64,000 nt of DNA, from NCBI GenBank assembly GCA_965198065.1, contig CBDAON010000004.1, forward strand, positions 1,792,001 through 1,856,000. Direction: 5' to 3'. Under the pieces are notes generated by a model. It made no database searches, was not told the origin of the DNA, and saw only the letters and a program-made list of their open reading frames with translations. Shown here piece after piece: positions 55,710 through 64,000 of this stretch (position 1 is its first letter; each line of letters opens with the position of its first letter). The position numbers were made by a program, and so were the translations under genes. The DNA is from Longimicrobiales bacterium. GTDB lineage: Bacteria > Gemmatimonadota > Gemmatimonadetes > Longimicrobiales > Gaopeijiaceae.

Positions 55710-55932
55710 CTAACCCTCGAGGGCTCTTCGAACCGCCGAGACGATGCCCTCCGCCGTGAAGGGCTTGGACACCAAGCGGATCTCACCCTCCGAGGGGGCC
55801 CGCTCAGCATCGGTTGCCTCGTCCGGATGAGGGGTCATGAGCAGGACCGGCAGGTCTCCCCGCTCGTGCCGGAGCCTCCGCGCCAGCTCCCGGAACCTGA
55901 ATCCGGGGCCCCGGTAGGGGGTCGAGAGCCAT
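55710..55932 (-). pseudogene. Relic C-terminal half of a receiver domain
   Basis: ELARRLRHERGDLPVLLMT...LVSKPFTAEGIVSAVRRALEG*; N-terminal half missing and no in-frame start upstream of this segment. Confidence 0.65.
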
Positions 55933-56034
55933 TGTCGCAGATCGAGCTTGCTTCACCATCGGGCGCATCCTAACATGCCAATCCGACGCGTTGCGGATTC
56001 TGCGCGGGCTTCTCGGTCGCATCGGAGGTCGTCG

Positions 56035-56871
56035 ATGCCTGTGTTGTCGCAAGCGGGGCAGTCGGTTCCTCGCCGGCCTGCCACCGCGAACGATCTGCTG
56101 CGAACCCGGTGGCGGCCCCTCTTTTGGTACGGCACGCTCGCCTCGCTGGTCGGGCACGTCCTCGTGATCACCCTCACCCCGGCGTGGGAGTGGGGTCAGG
56201 GGGTGGTGCTCGTCGCGCGGGAGCCGCTCAGGATCGAGCGGCTTCCGACCGTCGAGCCCCCGGAAGAGCCCGCGGAGGTCGAAGCGGAGGCGGCGGCGCC
56301 CGCGGAGACCGCGAGCGACGAGCCGGAGGCGGGAGCAGGAGGGTCGGGGACGGAGACGGGGACGGGGCTGGCCGACCTTCTCGACCTCCTCCGGGACCGG
56401 ATGCCGGGGAGCTTCACGCCCGTGGCAGCGCAGGAGGGCGACGGGACACCGACCGCCGATTACGACTCCGCCTTGGGGGGTATAACATCCCAGCTCGACC
56501 AGCTCGAGTCCCTTCCGCTCGACTTGAGTCGTCTCTCCACCGTTTCACCCGAGCTGGCACTGGGGACCGCGGTTCAAGGCTGGCCACTCATTCGGAACCC
56601 CAACCAGGTCGTGCGCTTCATTCGGTCCGGACAGGTCGCTTACGATCGAGCTCGCCGCGCCGACGCGCCGGAGGGGCTGGTAACGGTGGCGATGTGGATC
56701 GATCGGAACGGCTCGGTGGAATGGGCGGAGGTCCACGAGTCGAGCGGTGACGTGGGTCTGGACGAGATCGCCCTCGACGTGCTCAGCCGAGTGGCCGAGT
56801 TCCGGCCGGTGCGGAGCCAGGGAGCGTCGGGTATGCTCGCGCTGCTCGTTTCTATCCGTTTCCCGTTCTAG
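56035..56871 (+). CDS. TonB-like protein (N-terminal TM, acidic/Pro spacer, TonB-C domain)
   Basis: TM with SxxxH motif (SLVGH); C-terminal MWIDRNGSVEWAEVHESSGDVGLD; GGAGG SD. Confidence 0.72.
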   Translation: MPVLSQAGQSVPRRPATANDLLRTRWRPLFWYGTLASLVGHVLVITLTPAWEWGQGVVLVAREPLRIERLPTVEPPEEPAEVEAEAAAPAETASDEPEAGAGGSGTETGTGLADLLDLLRDRMPGSFTPVAAQEGDGTPTADYDSALGGITSQLDQLESLPLDLSRLSTVSPELALGTAVQGWPLIRNPNQVVRFIRSGQVAYDRARRADAPEGLVTVAMWIDRNGSVEWAEVHESSGDVGLDEIALDVLSRVAEFRPVRSQGASGMLALLVSIRFPF

Positions 56872-56932
56872 TGGCCTGATCGGCGTCGGAAACGACAGCA
56901 CTTCGCACCGACTCTTCCGGAGGATCGAAGTC

Positions 56933-58378
56933 GTGCCGAAACCCAGGGTCAGCGTTTCTCTCGCCGCCGCCCTGCTCATAGGTGGCTGCGCGACTGTGGC
57001 GTCGCCCCCGGGCCCTGTGGTGTCTCCCACCGGCATCGTCTATGAGCCGGGCATCCCGCCGGAAGAGACCCGGTTCTCGCAGACGGCCAGGCTCTACATC
57101 GTAGGACTGGTCTGGGAACGCGCCCTGGGGCAGTCCCTCCTCGGCATCGCGTCCGACTCCACGAATCCCGTCCACTATTACCTTGCGGGAGCCTCGAACG
57201 TCGGGCTGGGAGATTACGCCTCCACGGACCGGTTCTGGAGGGAGGCCGAGCGGCTCTACCCTGCGTACGAGCTGGTCATCGAGCCGCTGCGGGAAAGTGC
57301 GTGGGCCGACTCGTTCAACGACGGGGTCGAGCTCTACCTCGACGGGCAGATCGACGAAGCCGTTGCGGCGTGGGAGAAGGCAACGGTCATCTACGACCGG
57401 CGTCCGGAGGTCCACCTAAACCTGGGGGCCGTCCTGGCCGATGAGGGAGAGTACCGGCAAGCCATCCAGGCTTATCGCGAGGGGCTCCAGGGGCTCGCCC
57501 GACCGCCGGCGACGTACGTGATGGACGTGGAGGAGATCCAGGCCCGAAGCTCCGCTCAGGCCGACATGGAGCTGAACCTGGCGCAGCTCCTCCTGGTTCA
57601 GGATGAGTTCTCCGAGGCGGAAACCCTTCTGCGGAGGCGCCTCGAGGCCAACCCCAGGAGCGTGGAGCTGACCGTGAGCCTGGGCACGGCCCTGAACGGG
57701 CAGGGCAGGCAGCAGGAGGCCGCGGACGTCTATGGCACGCTGCTGGCCTCGCAGAACCTGACGACGTACCAGCTGACGCAGATCGGCACCTCCCTCTTCC
57801 ACGCCCAAGACTTCGTGGGCTCCGGCGAGGCCTTCTGGCGCGTCACGCAGTTGGAGCCCGACGGGCGGGACGGGTGGTTCAACTACGCCAACGTGCTCCT
57901 CGCCCGGGGGGAGTGGGAGACGCTGACGGTAGCAGGGGCGCGCCTCGTCGAGCTGGATCCCCTCTCCGAGAGCTCGGCGCTCATCAACGCCCGCTCACAC
58001 GTCGAGGTGGGGGACGAGCCCGCCGCTCGGGCGGGCCTGGAGCGACTCGAGAGCCTGCCGGTCCTCTTCGAGGACCTGCAGCTCGGGCGGACCGAAGGGG
58101 ACACGAGGGTTCGCGGCACCGTCGTTGGCCACGCGGCCCCAGCGGGAACGCCGATCCGCGTCCGCTTCCTGTTTTACTCGGGCCGACAGCAGGTCGGCGA
58201 GGAGCTGGTCCAGCTCGTTGCCCCCGACGCGGAAGTGAGCTCTCCCTTCTCGGTCGCGCTCGAGGTCGCGTTCGAGGGGTTCGCCTCCGCGTATCGTTAC
58301 GTCGTCCTCGATCCCGCCCCGGACCCGGATCCCTCCGCTCCTCCGGACTCTGACGCCGCGGACACGGACGGGAACTGA
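56933..58378 (+). CDS. TPR lipoprotein with C-terminal beta (FxLYD-like) domain
   Basis: LLIGGC lipobox, multiple TPRs, C-terminal VRGTV..VRFLFY..YRY. Confidence 0.75.
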   Translation: MPKPRVSVSLAAALLIGGCATVASPPGPVVSPTGIVYEPGIPPEETRFSQTARLYIVGLVWERALGQSLLGIASDSTNPVHYYLAGASNVGLGDYASTDRFWREAERLYPAYELVIEPLRESAWADSFNDGVELYLDGQIDEAVAAWEKATVIYDRRPEVHLNLGAVLADEGEYRQAIQAYREGLQGLARPPATYVMDVEEIQARSSAQADMELNLAQLLLVQDEFSEAETLLRRRLEANPRSVELTVSLGTALNGQGRQQEAADVYGTLLASQNLTTYQLTQIGTSLFHAQDFVGSGEAFWRVTQLEPDGRDGWFNYANVLLARGEWETLTVAGARLVELDPLSESSALINARSHVEVGDEPAARAGLERLESLPVLFEDLQLGRTEGDTRVRGTVVGHAAPAGTPIRVRFLFYSGRQQVGEELVQLVAPDAEVSSPFSVALEVAFEGFASAYRYVVLDPAPDPDPSAPPDSDAADTDGN

Positions 58379-58381
58379 GGA

Positions 58382-58562
58382 CTACGGGGCCGCGCCGGTC
58401 TTCACGCGCGTCCAGAGTAAGTCGAACTTCCGCTGATACGGCCCGACGTCCCGGATAAACTCCAGAGGGGACAGGATGTCTTTCGAGGCCATGCGCTCGT
58501 GCTCCTCGCGCAGGTCCTCGCCGAGAAGCTCCACACGAGGCCAGGTTGTCGGTCCAGATCAC
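58382..58562 (-). pseudogene. Relic of a PotD/PotF-like polyamine-binding protein 3' end
   Basis: VIWTDNLA in one frame, then LEFIRDVGPYQRKFDLLWTRVKTG in another; both resemble PotD C-terminal motifs. Confidence 0.55.
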
Positions 58563-58765
58563 TGATCGCCGTCGGAACGCCCATCGACGGCAGATACCGG
58601 AGCCGGGCTTCCAGCGTCAAGCAGAGCGTCGCTGTTGCGCGACGCGTCGGAGCACCCTCATATCGAGGGAAACACGCCGGCGCCCTGGGAGGGGCACCGA
58701 CCGAGCGTGATGCGCGAATCCCTACACATCAAGACTGGATACATCAAGAAAAGGAGCCGGTAGTC

Positions 58766-60172
58766 ATGCGAACGATCCGGTTGCTCGTTCTGGCCCTGAG
58801 CGTGGCAGGTCCTGCATGCGCCCAGACGAACGATCCGTTCCCAGCCCCCATCGCCGCCGGGCAGAGCCCGACCGTGCTCCGCCTCACGGAGTTCGCGACG
58901 ATCCCGGATTTCAACGGTGCGCCGCCGCGGATGATGCACATGCTCACGGAGCCGGGAACCCGCCGCCTCTTCGTGAGCGACATGAACGGCGTGATCTACA
59001 ACGTCAGCTACGATGCCCGTACGGTCAGGCCGTACCTGGACCTGACCGACGCGCGTTGGGGGATCAGCATGGAGGCCGGGGGCGGCGAGCGGGGTGTGCA
59101 GAGCTTCGCCTTCCATCCGCAGTTCGGTCAGACGGGGAGCCCGGGGTTCGGGAAGCTCTACACGTGGATGGATATGCAGAGCACTTCTACCCAGGCCGAT
59201 TTCGGCCACCCCGGGGAGAACGTGAGCCACCACACGGTCCTCTTCGAGTGGACGGCACAGACGCCGGGCGCCGCCACGTACGACGGCGCGGGGCCGCGGG
59301 CGCTCATGCGGTTCGCCCAGCCTTACGGCAACCACAACGGGGGGATGATCGGATTCAATCCGCTCCCGGCGGCCGGGACGGCCGACTACGGGCTCCTCTA
59401 CATCGGGGTCGGAGACGGGGGAAGCGGGGGCGATCCACAGAACGTGGGGCAGAACCTCGCCGTCGGCTTCGCTAAGATCCTCCGCATCGATCCGCTGGGG
59501 ACGAACAGCCAGAACGGGCAGTACGGGATCCCGGCGGGCAACCCCTTCGCGGGGGACAACAACCCCAACACCCTGGAGGAGATCTACGCCTACGGGGTGC
59601 GGAACCCTCAGCGGTTCGCGTGGGATCCCCAGACCGGCACGATGCTCATGGCCGACATCGGGCAGAACGTGGTCGAGACGCTGAACCCCGTTCCTCGGGG
59701 CGGAAACCTCGGGTGGAACCTCTGGGAGGGAAGCTTCCGCTTCGTGAATCGCGAGGTTCTTACGGACGGTCGCCGGGGTGACCCGAACGTCGTTTACCCA
59801 ATCGCGGAGTACGACCAGGTCGACCCGACCATCGACGGCTCCTCGGCGGCAACCGGCGTGCACATCTTCCGTGGAAACGAGATCCCGGAGCTCCAGAATA
59901 CGGTGCTCTGGGGCGACCTCCCCACGGGGCAGCTCTTCTACGTTTCCGCCAACCCGTTCCCGAACGGAGGCCAGAATCCGATCCGGCGGATCCTCTTCGA
60001 CGATGGCGGGCAAACGAAGACATTTCTCCAGCTGATCCAGGAGAAGAACGTCGAGCAAGGCCGCGAGCCCGCCTCGCGGGCGGACATGCGGTTCGGCGCC
60101 GGCCCGGACAACCAGCTGTACCTGATCAACAAGCGAGACGGGGTGATCCGCCAGCTCGTCTCCGGGATGTAG
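58766..60172 (+). CDS. Exported PQQ-dependent glucose/sorbosone dehydrogenase family protein
   Basis: FAFHPQF, NHNGG, LYIGVGDGGSGGDP, KILRIDP, YGVRNP, ADIGQ; AAGGAG SD. Confidence 0.88.
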   Translation: MRTIRLLVLALSVAGPACAQTNDPFPAPIAAGQSPTVLRLTEFATIPDFNGAPPRMMHMLTEPGTRRLFVSDMNGVIYNVSYDARTVRPYLDLTDARWGISMEAGGGERGVQSFAFHPQFGQTGSPGFGKLYTWMDMQSTSTQADFGHPGENVSHHTVLFEWTAQTPGAATYDGAGPRALMRFAQPYGNHNGGMIGFNPLPAAGTADYGLLYIGVGDGGSGGDPQNVGQNLAVGFAKILRIDPLGTNSQNGQYGIPAGNPFAGDNNPNTLEEIYAYGVRNPQRFAWDPQTGTMLMADIGQNVVETLNPVPRGGNLGWNLWEGSFRFVNREVLTDGRRGDPNVVYPIAEYDQVDPTIDGSSAATGVHIFRGNEIPELQNTVLWGDLPTGQLFYVSANPFPNGGQNPIRRILFDDGGQTKTFLQLIQEKNVEQGREPASRADMRFGAGPDNQLYLINKRDGVIRQLVSGM

Positions 60173-60191
60173 CACGGCGATCGCGAAGGCG

Positions 60192-61721
60192 GTGGCCGCC
60201 ACCCGGAGCACGACCCAGAGGGTCGGCCTCTTCCTCGGGCCGACCCTCTTCTTCGCCGGTCTGCTCGTTCCCGTGGACCCCGCGAATCCAGCTGCGGGGC
60301 GAATGCTCGCGGTCGCCCTCCTCATGGCGACCTGGTGGATCACGGACGCCATTCCCCTGGCAGCCACCGCGCTCCTTCCGCTCATCCTCTTTCCCGTCCT
60401 CGGGATCGAGAGCACCTCGGCCACGGCGCCCATCTACTTCAACAGCACGATCGTCCTCTTCCTCGGCGGGTTCGTCATCGCTCTCACCATGGAGCGGTGG
60501 GACCTGCACCGGCGGATCGCGCTCGGCATCATTCGGATGATCGGCGGAGGAGCTGCCCGGATCGTCCTCGGCTTCATGGCCGCGGCGGCGTTTCTCTCCA
60601 TGTGGATCTCGAACACGGCCACGGCCGTGATGATGGTACCGATCGGGCTCGCGATCATCCTGGAGATGGAGGACACGTTCGGAACCGAGGCCACGCGCCC
60701 GTTCTCGACGGGGGTCATGCTCGGGATCGCCTATGCGTCCTCGGTGGGTGGGATGGCTACCCTGGTGGGCACGCCGCCGAACCTGTCCCTGGTCAGGATC
60801 TTCCAGATCACGTTCCCCGAGGCGCCGCCCATTTCCTTCGGGCAGTGGATCATCGTGGCCTTACCGATCTCACTCGCGCTCCTCGCGACGGCGTGGGCGT
60901 TGATCACTCACGTCTTCTTCCGGGTGCCAGCTCACGTGAAGCCCGACCCGGATCTCGTGCGGGACCAGGCCCGTGCGCTCGGGCCCATGTCGTGGGAGGA
61001 GAAGTGGGTGCTCGGGGTCTTCGCGGCCACCGCGGTGCTCTGGGTCTTCCGGGTGCCGGTCGAGGTGGGCCCGTTTACCGTGCCGGGCTGGTCCGAGCTC
61101 GTTCCCTTCGCGGCCTCGATCGACGACGGGACGGTGGCCATCACGATGGCGTCCCTCCTCTTCCTCATCCCGACCCGGAGCCCCGGCGCCGACTCCCCGA
61201 CTCTGGCGGGGCCCAATCTGATCCCGCGGCTCCCGTGGAGCATCGTGCTGCTCTTCGGGGGCGGCTTCGCGCTGGCGTACGGGTTTCAGGCCACGGGGCT
61301 CTCGGCGGTGATCGGCAATCAGTTCGCCGGACTCGCGGGCGTGCCGCCGTTCGTGCTCGTCCTGGTGGCCTGCGCCTCTCTCACGTTTCTGACCGAGCTG
61401 ACCTCGAATACCGCCACGACGGAGATGATCCTTCCGATCCTCGCGGCCGTGGCCGTGGCCACCGGGGTCCACCCACTCGTCCTCATGATCCCTGCCACGC
61501 TGTCGGCTTCCTGCGCGTTCATGATGCCTGTGGCAACCCCACCGAACGCGATCGTGTTCGGGAGCGATCGCGTATCGATCCCGGAGATGGCCCGAATCGG
61601 GATCGTGCTGAACCTGATCGGGGTCGCGGCGATTGCCGTGGTCTTCTACTTCTTCGGCACGGCGATCTTCGGGATCGAGCCCGGAGTCACGCCCGAGTGG
61701 GCCCGGCTGGCGGCTCCCTGA
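60192..61721 (+). CDS. SLC13/DASS Na+:di/tricarboxylate symporter
   Basis: SMWISNTAT, GTPPN, TELTSNTAT, PVATPPNA. Confidence 0.92.
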   Translation: MAATRSTTQRVGLFLGPTLFFAGLLVPVDPANPAAGRMLAVALLMATWWITDAIPLAATALLPLILFPVLGIESTSATAPIYFNSTIVLFLGGFVIALTMERWDLHRRIALGIIRMIGGGAARIVLGFMAAAAFLSMWISNTATAVMMVPIGLAIILEMEDTFGTEATRPFSTGVMLGIAYASSVGGMATLVGTPPNLSLVRIFQITFPEAPPISFGQWIIVALPISLALLATAWALITHVFFRVPAHVKPDPDLVRDQARALGPMSWEEKWVLGVFAATAVLWVFRVPVEVGPFTVPGWSELVPFAASIDDGTVAITMASLLFLIPTRSPGADSPTLAGPNLIPRLPWSIVLLFGGGFALAYGFQATGLSAVIGNQFAGLAGVPPFVLVLVACASLTFLTELTSNTATTEMILPILAAVAVATGVHPLVLMIPATLSASCAFMMPVATPPNAIVFGSDRVSIPEMARIGIVLNLIGVAAIAVVFYFFGTAIFGIEPGVTPEWARLAAP

Positions 61722-61830
61722 CGCCTCACGCCGCTCCGGGCCGCTTCCTCCCGGGGCGCCACGAGCACGCCGGCCCGGCTCGGTCCTTCTTCGGCGGGGC
61801 CGCCGAGTCGTTTTCGGTCGAGGACTTCCG

Positions 61831-62955
61831 CTAGCCGCGCTCGCCGATAGGAACGTACGGCCGGTTCTCGGGCCCGATGTAGTCAGCGGTCGGACGGATG
61901 AGGCGGTTGTCCGCGCGTTGCTCGACGATGTGCGAGGCCCACCCCGAGATTCGGGAGCAGACGAAGATCGGCGTGAAGAGGGGCGTCGGGACCCCGAGGA
62001 AGTGGAACGCCGAGGCGCTGTAGAAGTCCAGGTTCGGGAAGAGCTTCTTTTCCTCGTGCATCACGTTGTCGATCGCAACCGACACCGGGTACAGGCGCTC
62101 GTCGCCCGCTTCATTGGAGAGCTTCTCGGCCCACGACTTGATGACCGTGTTCCGCGGATCCTTGACGCGATACACGGCATGCCCGAAGCCCATGATCTTC
62201 TCCTTCCGCTCGAGCATCTTCCCAACCTCGGCGGCCGCCTCGTCGGCCGACGCGAAGCGGTCGATCAGCTCCATCGCCGCCTCGTTCGCGCCTCCGTGCA
62301 GGGGGCCGCGAAGGGTTCCGATTGCGCCCGTGACCGCCGAATAAAAGTCCGAGAGGGTGGCCGCGCACACACGCGCCGTGAACGTCGAGGCGTTGAGCTC
62401 GTGCTCGGCGTACAGGATCAGCGCGGCGTCGAGGGCACGTGCGTGGAGGGTCGAGGGAGACTCTCCGTGGAGGAGGTGGAGGAAGTGCGCGGCGAGGTTG
62501 GGCTCGTCGGTGATGGTCTCGATCCGCTCGCTCTTCGTCGCGAACCGGTGCCAGTAGAGCAGGATCCCGGGGAACACGGCGATCAGTCGGTTCGCCACCT
62601 CCAGCTGCCGCGAGAAGTCCCCTTCGGGCTCGATCGTGCCGAGCATCGAGCAGCCGGTCCGGAGAACGTCCATGGGGTGCGCCCCTGCCGGAATTCGCTC
62701 GAGCACCTCCCGGAGCGCCGCGGGAACCTCGCGCAGGACCGCTAGCTCCCTTCCGTAGGCGTCGAGCTCCGCCGCCTTCGGCAGCTCGCCCCGAAGCAGG
62801 AGGTACGCCACTTCCTCAAATGTCGAGTGCTCGGCCAGCTCCGCGATGTCGTAGCCGCGGTACGTCAGCCCGAATCCCTCCTTCCCGACCGTCGCGATGG
62901 CCGTCTGACCGGCCGAGACGCCCCGGAGGCCACGCGTGTCCTTTTCTGCGCTCAC
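61831..62955 (-). CDS. prpC: 2-methylcitrate synthase
   Basis: [44 protein letters not shown]; next to prpB. Confidence 0.93.
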   Translation of the reverse strand: MSAEKDTRGLRGVSAGQTAIATVGKEGFGLTYRGYDIAELAEHSTFEEVAYLLLRGELPKAAELDAYGRELAVLREVPAALREVLERIPAGAHPMDVLRTGCSMLGTIEPEGDFSRQLEVANRLIAVFPGILLYWHRFATKSERIETITDEPNLAAHFLHLLHGESPSTLHARALDAALILYAEHELNASTFTARVCAATLSDFYSAVTGAIGTLRGPLHGGANEAAMELIDRFASADEAAAEVGKMLERKEKIMGFGHAVYRVKDPRNTVIKSWAEKLSNEAGDERLYPVSVAIDNVMHEEKKLFPNLDFYSASAFHFLGVPTPLFTPIFVCSRISGWASHIVEQRADNRLIRPTADYIGPENRPYVPIGERG

Positions 62956-63875
62956 TCTTTTCCCTCCCCCATGGCTCGTTGTGCCCTGTCGTCCGCTCCA
63001 CCGTCACCTCTCGAAAACAGCTCGTCGAGCTTGCGCTCGTACGCGTAATAATCCAGCACCTCGTAGAGCTCCTCGCGGGTCTGCATGGCCGAGAGCATCG
63101 ACGCCTGCGTGCCGCGCTCCTGAATGGCTCGGTAGACGGACTCGGCGGCCCGGCTCATCGCGCGAAACGCCGAAAGCGGATAGAGCGCCATCGCCACCCC
63201 GGCGGTCCTCAATTCGTCGAGCGTGAGGCTCGGAGTGACCCCGAACTCCGTCAGGTTCGCCAGCACGGGCACGCGAACCGCGGCCGCGAACGAACGGAAG
63301 TCGTCCAGGGTACAGAGCGCCTCCGGAAAGATCATGTCGGCGCCCGCCTCCACGTACGCCGCCGCGCGGTCGATCGACGCTTCCAGGCCGTCGCTCTCGA
63401 ACGCGTCGGTCCTCGCCATGATGACGAACGCGTCGTCGTCCCGTGCGTCCACGGCCGCCTTGATCCGGTCGCACATCTCTTCGACGCCCACGTTTACCTT
63501 GTTCGGACGGTGACCGCAGCGCTTGGCCTGCTCCTGATCCTCGATGTGGAGGGCCGCCGCGCCGCTCCGGATCAGCTCGCGGGTGGCCCGGGCGATGTTG
63601 AACGCGGTCCCGAAGCCCGTGTCGACGTCCACAAGGAGCGGCAGAGCGGTCGCCGCGGTAATGCGGCGTACGTCGGTCAGCACGTCGTCGAGCGTCGTGA
63701 TCGCGAGATCGGGGACGCCGACAGAGGCGTTCGCGACGCCCGCCCCCGACAGATAGAGCGCCTCGAATCCAGCGCGCTCGGCCAGGAGGGCAGAGTACGC
63801 GTTGATTGCCCCGGGAATCTGGAGGGGCGGATCACGCCCAACGGCGTCCCGGAATCGGCGGCCCGGCGTGCTCAC
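62952..63875 (-). CDS. prpB: 2-methylisocitrate lyase
   Basis: [29 protein letters not shown]. Confidence 0.95.
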   Translation of the reverse strand: MSTPGRRFRDAVGRDPPLQIPGAINAYSALLAERAGFEALYLSGAGVANASVGVPDLAITTLDDVLTDVRRITAATALPLLVDVDTGFGTAFNIARATRELIRSGAAALHIEDQEQAKRCGHRPNKVNVGVEEMCDRIKAAVDARDDDAFVIMARTDAFESDGLEASIDRAAAYVEAGADMIFPEALCTLDDFRSFAAAVRVPVLANLTEFGVTPSLTLDELRTAGVAMALYPLSAFRAMSRAAESVYRAIQERGTQASMLSAMQTREELYEVLDYYAYERKLDELFSRGDGGADDRAQRAMGEGKE

Positions 63876-64000
63876 GTGCCCTCGTCCGCCACCCAGAGGT
63901 CCACGAACTCGTCCACCGGCGTCTCCTCCAGCCGCGCCTGGTCCCCGCACGCTTCTACGATCCGACCGGCCTGCTCCGGTCCGAGCCGGGTGGCCAGGGC
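63872..64000 (-). CDS. prpD: 2-methylcitrate dehydratase, C-terminal 42 aa only
   Basis: [37 protein letters not shown] resembles the PrpD C-terminus; GTGA overlap with prpB. Confidence 0.7.
   Translation of the reverse strand, partial: ALATRLGPEQAGRIVEACGDQARLEETPVDEFVDLWVADEGT

Noticed and set aside
55963..55982. TGGCATGTTAGGATGC on the minus strand as a sigma54 promoter
   Set aside because: GG-to-GC spacing is 11 nt rather than the required 10.

Overview
GC-rich (about 70% by eye) bacterial chromosomal window. The gene repertoire and order suggest a Gemmatimonadota-like diderm, which is an inference. It is mostly core genome on one long minus-strand run (about 6-52 kb) with about 20 four-base stop/start overlaps. 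Contents: a peptidoglycan-recycling cluster (two GH3 NagZ, NamZ, DUF3108), CesT-like/pspA/dat, uvrA, htpX, tamA/tamB, tsaD, a YbbR protein, a PASTA-only protein, rsmB, TenI-like/thiS/thiG, fmt/def, yajC/tgt/queA, ruvCAB, yebC, rhomboid, ddl, cbs, mutS, copA, an Rcp1-like receiver, a TPR-SPOR protein, holA, an ECF sigma/anti-sigma pair, Nudix, an M16 pair, apgM, mscS, a sulfocyanin-like lipoprotein, argJ, a TonB-C/TPR pair, a PQQ sugar dehydrogenase, an SLC13 transporter and prpD/B/C. I found no tRNA, rRNA, CRISPR array, IS or phage gene. Several conserved genes between 35 and 53 kb carry single-base indels or a stop, most likely long-read consensus errors. The best unannotated signals are: (1) a candidate sigma54-to-ECF cascade, with a shared (T/G)GAA(T/C)C-N16/17-(C/A)GTA promoter motif at three loci; (2) CTG start codons on fmt and rsmB; (3) a 51-aa Arg-rich sORF with a terminator just upstream of argJ; (4) a possibly tail-anchored receiver domain; (5) two cryptic gene relics. 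None is a proven new system.
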